Source of the DNA: Candidatus Merdousia gallistercoris
GTDB taxonomy: Bacteria > Verrucomicrobiota > Verrucomicrobiia > Opitutales > Intestinicryptomonadaceae
Direction: 5' to 3'
DNA: 64,000 nt
Assembly (NCBI GenBank): GCA_018713685.1
Contig: DVOK01000006.1
Coordinates: forward strand, 62,545 to 126,544
Below the pieces are notes generated by a model. That model did not search any database. It was not told where the DNA came from and saw nothing but the letters and a program-made list of their open reading frames with translations. The translations under genes were made by a program, and so were the position numbers. This document shows positions 59,510-64,000 of this stretch, in pieces. Each line of letters begins with the position of its first letter. Position 1 is the stretch's first letter.

Positions 59510-60604
59510 ATGAAAATAAATTGCTCGAAATTCTTTGCCGCGCTTTCGATTACGGCGGCGGCAGCGCTCTCGGCCTGCTCAACTGCCCCGAAGTTTGGCG
59601 AGGACGTCTATCCGATGGGCGCAATCCTGCCGCTTACGGGCGAAAACTCCGAAGCGGCGCGCGAGGTTCTAAACGGAATGGAGCTCGCCGCGCAAAAGTT
59701 GAACGCCTCAGGAGCAATGGCGGGGCTTAAAATAAAAATTGTCGCGCGCGACGCCAACGGCTCCGACAACCTGTCGTTCGAGGAACATTTTGACTCGCTC
59801 CGCCGCGACGGAGTCAGGGTGATTTCTGTCGGGTTCGACGAAAATGTGGTAGCGTGGCACCAAAGGCTTTGCAAGTGCGACGACGCCTTTATAAACTACT
59901 TTTGCCAGTATCCGCCCGCGACCCTCGATTCGCAAAACAGCGCGCGCATTTTTCTAAACGGCGCGCAGGACGGCGACATTCTTTCAAAGGCCGTGGAGCG
60001 CTCCGACAGGCGCGACACCCGCATAGTTTTAATGAGCGTAGATTCGATGTTCGGGAAGGCGTGCGGAGACTACCTCGCCTTTTGCGTGAGGCTTGAGCGC
60101 ACAAAGCTTTACACGGACGTGTTTTCGCAAAATACGCGCGACTTTTCAATTTTCAGCTCTCAAATGAAGCGCCTTTTCCCCGACTGCATTTTTTACGTCG
60201 GGCGCGGCGGCGAGCTTGAAAATTTTGTCAAAAGCGTCGCAAGCGAAGGATACAAGGGGCGCGTTGCGGCGAGCGCGGTTTTCGACTTCAAGCCCTTTAA
60301 AATTCCCGAAGGCATAAAGTTTTGCCGCACCGCCACCCTTTTTGAGCTCGGCAAAATAAATACGGCGGTTTCGCGCGGGTTTGTCGCCGAATACAAGTCG
60401 AAATACGGCAAGGCTCCAACGTGGCCCGCGGCTTACGGGTACGACGCCGTTATGGAGCTTTCAAAGGCGGTTGAGGCGGCGAAATTTAATCCGTCGAAAA
60501 TGCGCGGCTACTTTGAGGGCAGAAAGACGGACGGGGCAATCGGCAGGCTGGAATTCGACAAGACCGCCGACCCGACTTCCGAACTTGAACTTGTAAGCTA
60601 TTGA
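59510..60604 (+). CDS. periplasmic-binding-protein type I lipoprotein (LivK/Peripla_BP_6-like)
   Basis: Lipobox 'ALSAC'. 'GAILPLTGENSEAAREVLNGMELAAQKLNASG' is the typical start of type I PBP or amino-acid-binding proteins. Confidence 0.6.
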   Translation: MKINCSKFFAALSITAAAALSACSTAPKFGEDVYPMGAILPLTGENSEAAREVLNGMELAAQKLNASGAMAGLKIKIVARDANGSDNLSFEEHFDSLRRDGVRVISVGFDENVVAWHQRLCKCDDAFINYFCQYPPATLDSQNSARIFLNGAQDGDILSKAVERSDRRDTRIVLMSVDSMFGKACGDYLAFCVRLERTKLYTDVFSQNTRDFSIFSSQMKRLFPDCIFYVGRGGELENFVKSVASEGYKGRVAASAVFDFKPFKIPEGIKFCRTATLFELGKINTAVSRGFVAEYKSKYGKAPTWPAAYGYDAVMELSKAVEAAKFNPSKMRGYFEGRKTDGAIGRLEFDKTADPTSELELVSY

Positions 60605-62343
60605 TGCAGTTGCCGCGGCCGCCAGATTTGGAAGATTATTCGGGCGCCCCGCGCGGGGTTTGCGCGCCTGAGTCTGTCTGGATTTTGGCTGCGGTTCTAT
60701 CGGCATATGCGCTCGCGGCGGCTTTCCCGGAGTTGCGGAGGTTCGCGGCGCAGGCGATGGGTGCGGGGGCGTTTATTTTTGCGCTTTGGGCGACTCTCGA
60801 AGTTCTTGAAATTTTACCGAGCGGCGAAGGGAAGTCGGCGAGCTTAGCCAGAGGCGCGAGGTGGGGATTGTTTCTATCTGGAATTTTTTTCGCGGCGTTT
60901 TCGTATTTTTTTCTCAGGATACCGGCAAATCCGTATCCGGACTTCGCCCCGCGGGAGGCTGCATTAGACGCCCGGATTTTAGATGTGTCGAAGGGCAAGA
61001 ACGGCTCGCTATACGGCACGGCGGAAGTATTGCGCTCGGCGGATTTGCCGCGGCTTGCGGGGCATTCGATATGGTTTGTTGTTTCCGACGGAAAAGGCGG
61101 GCTTCGCAATCCCCTAAAAATTCTTCCGTCGGCGGAGGTCGGGTTTGACGGCGTTGTTTCCCCGACAGGCGGAGTGCGGTATTTGTCGCGCGGCAGGGTC
61201 AACCAAAAGTCGCTCGATTTTGACGGATATTTGGAGGGGAAGTTTGTGCTATATAAAATCTTTGCCCCGAGCATGGGCGCAAAAGTCTTGTCGCCGCCTT
61301 CCGCGAGGTTCGATTTTTACGCCGGTATCGCGCGCTATATGGATTCGTCGTTGAGCGCCCTGCCTGGTTTCATGTCGGCGGATTCCATGCCTGCAAGAAC
61401 CTACCGCGCGATGATTTTAGGCGACAAGAGCCTGCTTACCCCCGAACAGAAAGACGCCTTTGCGCGCACCGGGGTAATGCATGTATTTGCGATAAGCGGC
61501 CTGCATGTAGGGTTTGCTGCGGGAATTTTGTATTTTGCGCTTTCGGCCGTGGGAGTGCGCAGGAGCTTTCAGCCGTTCGCGGCGCTTCCGCTGCTGTTTC
61601 TATATGTGTGCGCGTGCGGCGGAAGGCCGTCGGCAATGCGGGCGTTTGGAATGGTGGCGATTGTATGGCTCGCGTCGCTTTTGGGCAGGGGGGCGAAGCC
61701 GATAGACTCTCTGGTTTTGGCCGCGATAATATCGCTTGCAATATTTCCAAGCGACATTTCCGACGCCGGGTTTTCCCTCTCGTACTGCGTTGCGGCATCG
61801 ATATTCGTCTATTCGCTTCCGCTCTTTGAATTTCTTTCTTCGAGATTTGCGCCGCGGACACTATACGGCAGATTCATTACCTCGCTATACTCTAAATCCC
61901 GCCGCCGCTTATTTGACTTTGCAGTGGGGGGCGTTTGCATTTCCTTCGGGTGCGCGGTTGCGGCGTTTCCGCTTACGGCGCATTATTTCGGATACGCTTC
62001 TTTAATATCGGCCCTCTATTCGCCCCTGTTCGTATTTGGGGCGGGGATTGCGGTGAGCCTCGGTTTCGCGGGGTTCTTCCTGCCGGACGCAATCGCCCAA
62101 TGGCTGAACGCGGCGGCTTGCGCTGTTGTGAAAGTTATGGGCGAAGGCGCCGTAGGGCTCGATTCGTCCGCGGACGTGTCGGTCGATTTTGCCGTTAAAA
62201 GCGGTTTGGCGGCGGCGATAGCCGCTTTGGGTTTTCTATTTGTCTCCGACATCTGCGGCAGATTCGGCCGCCGAAAAATCGGTTTCCTGCTTGCGCCTGC
62301 TTCAATGGCGCTCTTAATTGCAATATATAAAATCGCGTCTTAA
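60604..62343 (+). CDS. comEC: ComEC/Rec2-family membrane channel protein (DUF4131 plus competence domain, no metallo-beta-lactamase domain)
   Basis: 'LLTPEQKDAFARTGVMHVFAISGLHVG' is the ComEC competence-domain signature. The ATG at 60604 overlaps the upstream TGA (TGATG). At 579 aa it is shorter than full-length ComEC. Confidence 0.8.
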   Translation: MQLPRPPDLEDYSGAPRGVCAPESVWILAAVLSAYALAAAFPELRRFAAQAMGAGAFIFALWATLEVLEILPSGEGKSASLARGARWGLFLSGIFFAAFSYFFLRIPANPYPDFAPREAALDARILDVSKGKNGSLYGTAEVLRSADLPRLAGHSIWFVVSDGKGGLRNPLKILPSAEVGFDGVVSPTGGVRYLSRGRVNQKSLDFDGYLEGKFVLYKIFAPSMGAKVLSPPSARFDFYAGIARYMDSSLSALPGFMSADSMPARTYRAMILGDKSLLTPEQKDAFARTGVMHVFAISGLHVGFAAGILYFALSAVGVRRSFQPFAALPLLFLYVCACGGRPSAMRAFGMVAIVWLASLLGRGAKPIDSLVLAAIISLAIFPSDISDAGFSLSYCVAASIFVYSLPLFEFLSSRFAPRTLYGRFITSLYSKSRRRLFDFAVGGVCISFGCAVAAFPLTAHYFGYASLISALYSPLFVFGAGIAVSLGFAGFFLPDAIAQWLNAAACAVVKVMGEGAVGLDSSADVSVDFAVKSGLAAAIAALGFLFVSDICGRFGRRKIGFLLAPASMALLIAIYKIAS

Positions 62344-62344
62344 A

Positions 62345-63784
62345 ATGCAAAAAAACATAAGATTTAAAATTCCAAAAAACGCGCTCGAAAAATCCGCCGC
62401 TAAGGAGGTGTGCAGGATTGCGGAAAGCGGCGGAAAGATAGGCGTGGCGTGCTCCGGCGGGGCGGACTCGGTATGCGCCTTGATGTGGGTGGCGGGCGTA
62501 TTCTCAAATAATAAAAAGAATGTGTACGTGTTGCATTTCAACCACCGCGAACGCGCGGCGGCCGATTCCGACGCGGAATTTGTCGGGGCCGTCGCAAAGG
62601 CGCTTGGCGCGAATTTTATCCTGGGGAAAGCCGCAACGCCGCCGAAAAAAATCACTGAGGATTCGCTTAGAAGGCTCAGGCTTGGGTTTGTCGCAGAGCA
62701 GTCCGCGAAGCTTGGGTTGTCGGCCGTAGTGCAGGGGCACAATTCCGGGGACGTTGCCGAAACTTTGGTAATGCGCCTTATGCGCGGCGCAGGGGCTGCG
62801 GGAATGTCGGCGCCAAGGCCTGTGTCGCATTTTCGCGGGGCGGTGCTCGTTAGACCGCTTTTGCGCCTTTCCAAAACCGATATAAAAAATCTTTTAAGAG
62901 ACGCGAAAATTGATTGGAGGGAGGACGAGACAAACGCGTCCGCCGATTTCCTTCGCAACAGGCTGCGCGCCGAGATTATTCCGGCAATCGACTCCTTGTG
63001 CGCGGGCGGGTTTTCAAGCTCGGCTTTGCGCTCGCGAGCGCAGTTTCAGGAGGATTCCGATTTTATCGAAAAAGTTTTCGAGAGGGCGCTTGCCGAGGCG
63101 AATCCAAACCTCGAAGTTTCGCCTTCGCATTTGCCCCCGAAAGTTTTGAGATTGCCCGCCGCCCTTGCGCGCGAGAGCGCAATATTGAGGCGCGCGGCTA
63201 CGAAGCTACTTGCGCTAAATTCGCTCGCCGCAGAGGTCAGGGCTGGGTGTGTTGACGCATTTGTATCGGACGCCGCGGAGGGCGGATTTGCGCGGGCGAG
63301 CGTAGGCATGGGCTTGGAGATGTTTTTTTCTGAGGGCGAGCTTAGAATAGAGAGTGCGCGGGAGGCTTCAGAGTGGAGTGTGGTTTTGAAGTCCGGGAAA
63401 AACAGGCTTCCGAACGGCGGAATGCTGAGGGTCGAAAAAATTTCGCTTACCCGCGCGCGCTTTGAGTCGATAAAAAACGGAGAGAATGACGACAATGTAA
63501 GGGCGTACATAGATTTGTCCGCCACCGGTGGGCTTGTGGACGGAGCGCTCGTGGCGCGCACACGCCGCCCCGGCGACTGCTATGCCCCGCTCGGTTCGCG
63601 TTCTCCAAAAAAACTAAAAGATATGTTTAACGCCAAAAAAATACCGATATGGAAACGAAAGGAGGCTTTCGTTGTCTGTAATGCGGGGGACAATATACTT
63701 TGGAGCCCCGGATTGCCGCCGTCCGAACTGTTCAAGGTGGAAAATTCCCGCTCAGTAATTGAATTGACGTTCGAAAATTTTTAA
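62345..63784 (+). CDS. tilS: tRNA(Ile)-lysidine synthase
   Basis: The start at the ATG at 62345 lies just after the comEC stop. The PP-loop is 'GVACSGGADSVCAL'. The C-terminal TilS domain carries 'RRPGDCYAPLG'. Confidence 0.85.
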   Translation: MQKNIRFKIPKNALEKSAAKEVCRIAESGGKIGVACSGGADSVCALMWVAGVFSNNKKNVYVLHFNHRERAAADSDAEFVGAVAKALGANFILGKAATPPKKITEDSLRRLRLGFVAEQSAKLGLSAVVQGHNSGDVAETLVMRLMRGAGAAGMSAPRPVSHFRGAVLVRPLLRLSKTDIKNLLRDAKIDWREDETNASADFLRNRLRAEIIPAIDSLCAGGFSSSALRSRAQFQEDSDFIEKVFERALAEANPNLEVSPSHLPPKVLRLPAALARESAILRRAATKLLALNSLAAEVRAGCVDAFVSDAAEGGFARASVGMGLEMFFSEGELRIESAREASEWSVVLKSGKNRLPNGGMLRVEKISLTRARFESIKNGENDDNVRAYIDLSATGGLVDGALVARTRRPGDCYAPLGSRSPKKLKDMFNAKKIPIWKRKEAFVVCNAGDNILWSPGLPPSELFKVENSRSVIELTFENF

Positions 63785-63808
63785 AATTTAATCACTTCCC
63801 TGTATCAA

Positions 63809-64000
63809 ATGGAGAAGAAGGAAAAAAATACTTTTGGAAAGATACCAAACAGGCCGTACTTTGTTTGGATTGTGATTGTGTGCGCAATAATTATGCTGGT
63901 GTCGTTGCCGCGCGGCGGCGCCGGAAAGATACAAACGCTCGATACAAAGCAGTTGATGACTGCGGTTCAAAACGACTCGCTGCTGGAAATTTCCATTCGC
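63809..64000 (+). CDS. ftsH: 5' end of an FtsH-like membrane protease gene (partial, runs off the window)
   Basis: The frame is open from the ATG at 63809 to the window end. It reads 'MEKKEKNTFGKIPNRPYFVWIVIVCAIIMLVSL...LDTKQLMTAVQNDSLLEISIR' (TM anchor then FtsH_ext-like start). tilS-ftsH synteny is common. Confidence 0.5.
   Translation, partial: MEKKEKNTFGKIPNRPYFVWIVIVCAIIMLVSLPRGGAGKIQTLDTKQLMTAVQNDSLLEISIR

Noticed and set aside
60636-62958. 212-aa and 214-aa minus-strand ORFs antisense to comEC and tilS
   Set aside because: They are mirror-frame ORFs inside well-supported plus-strand genes. Their composition is dominated by Ala/Ser/Pro/Arg.

Overview
The window is a gene-dense bacterial chromosomal segment with about 50 protein genes. 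I found no rRNA, tRNA, CRISPR array, transposase or integrase. Several features suggest a PVC-type Gram-negative (Lentisphaerae/Verrucomicrobia/Kiritimatiellae-like): a PEP-CTERM protein, scattered prepilin-like genes, Tat-signal FAD oxidoreductases, an archaeal-type ProRS, and kdsA plus an msbA-like gene. That placement is inference only.

The left quarter (1-17.4 kb) is a surface-glycan locus. It holds a Wzy_C-family membrane protein, a PglC-size initiating phosphoglycosyl transferase, and a HAD::UbiA (DPPR-synthase-like) fusion abutting a GT-C transferase. It also holds two GT2s, a pyruvyl transferase, a CDP-3,6-dideoxy branched-sugar (yersiniose-type) set (rfbF-rfbG-E1 dehydrase-SDR-ThDP enzyme) and an MsbA/PglK-type ABC exporter.

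The rest is mostly housekeeping: rsmG, ndk, ubiE/menG, hisS, comM, pncC, sppA, ppiD-like, kdsA, pyrG, mgtE, proS, comEC, tilS and the ftsH 5' end. Interspersed with these is a glycan-degradation-like patch of glycosidase-like lipoproteins, a Tat-FAD oxidoreductase and a Tat-DapA-family aldolase.

Several proteins are architecturally unusual:
- a ClpX-like ATPase with no zinc-binding domain and an extra C-terminal domain
- a Lys/Ala-rich histone-like tail fused to a CBM20-like domain
- a MurU::AmgK fusion
- a sigma-54-type activator lacking GAFTGA and the Walker B glutamate
- an EamA transporter that looks frameshifted

The best candidate for something undescribed is the HAD::UbiA + GT-C pair, a possible lipid-linked pentofuranose donor route, embedded in the yersiniose-type glycan locus. 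All functional calls rest on motif recognition by eye; no database search was run.
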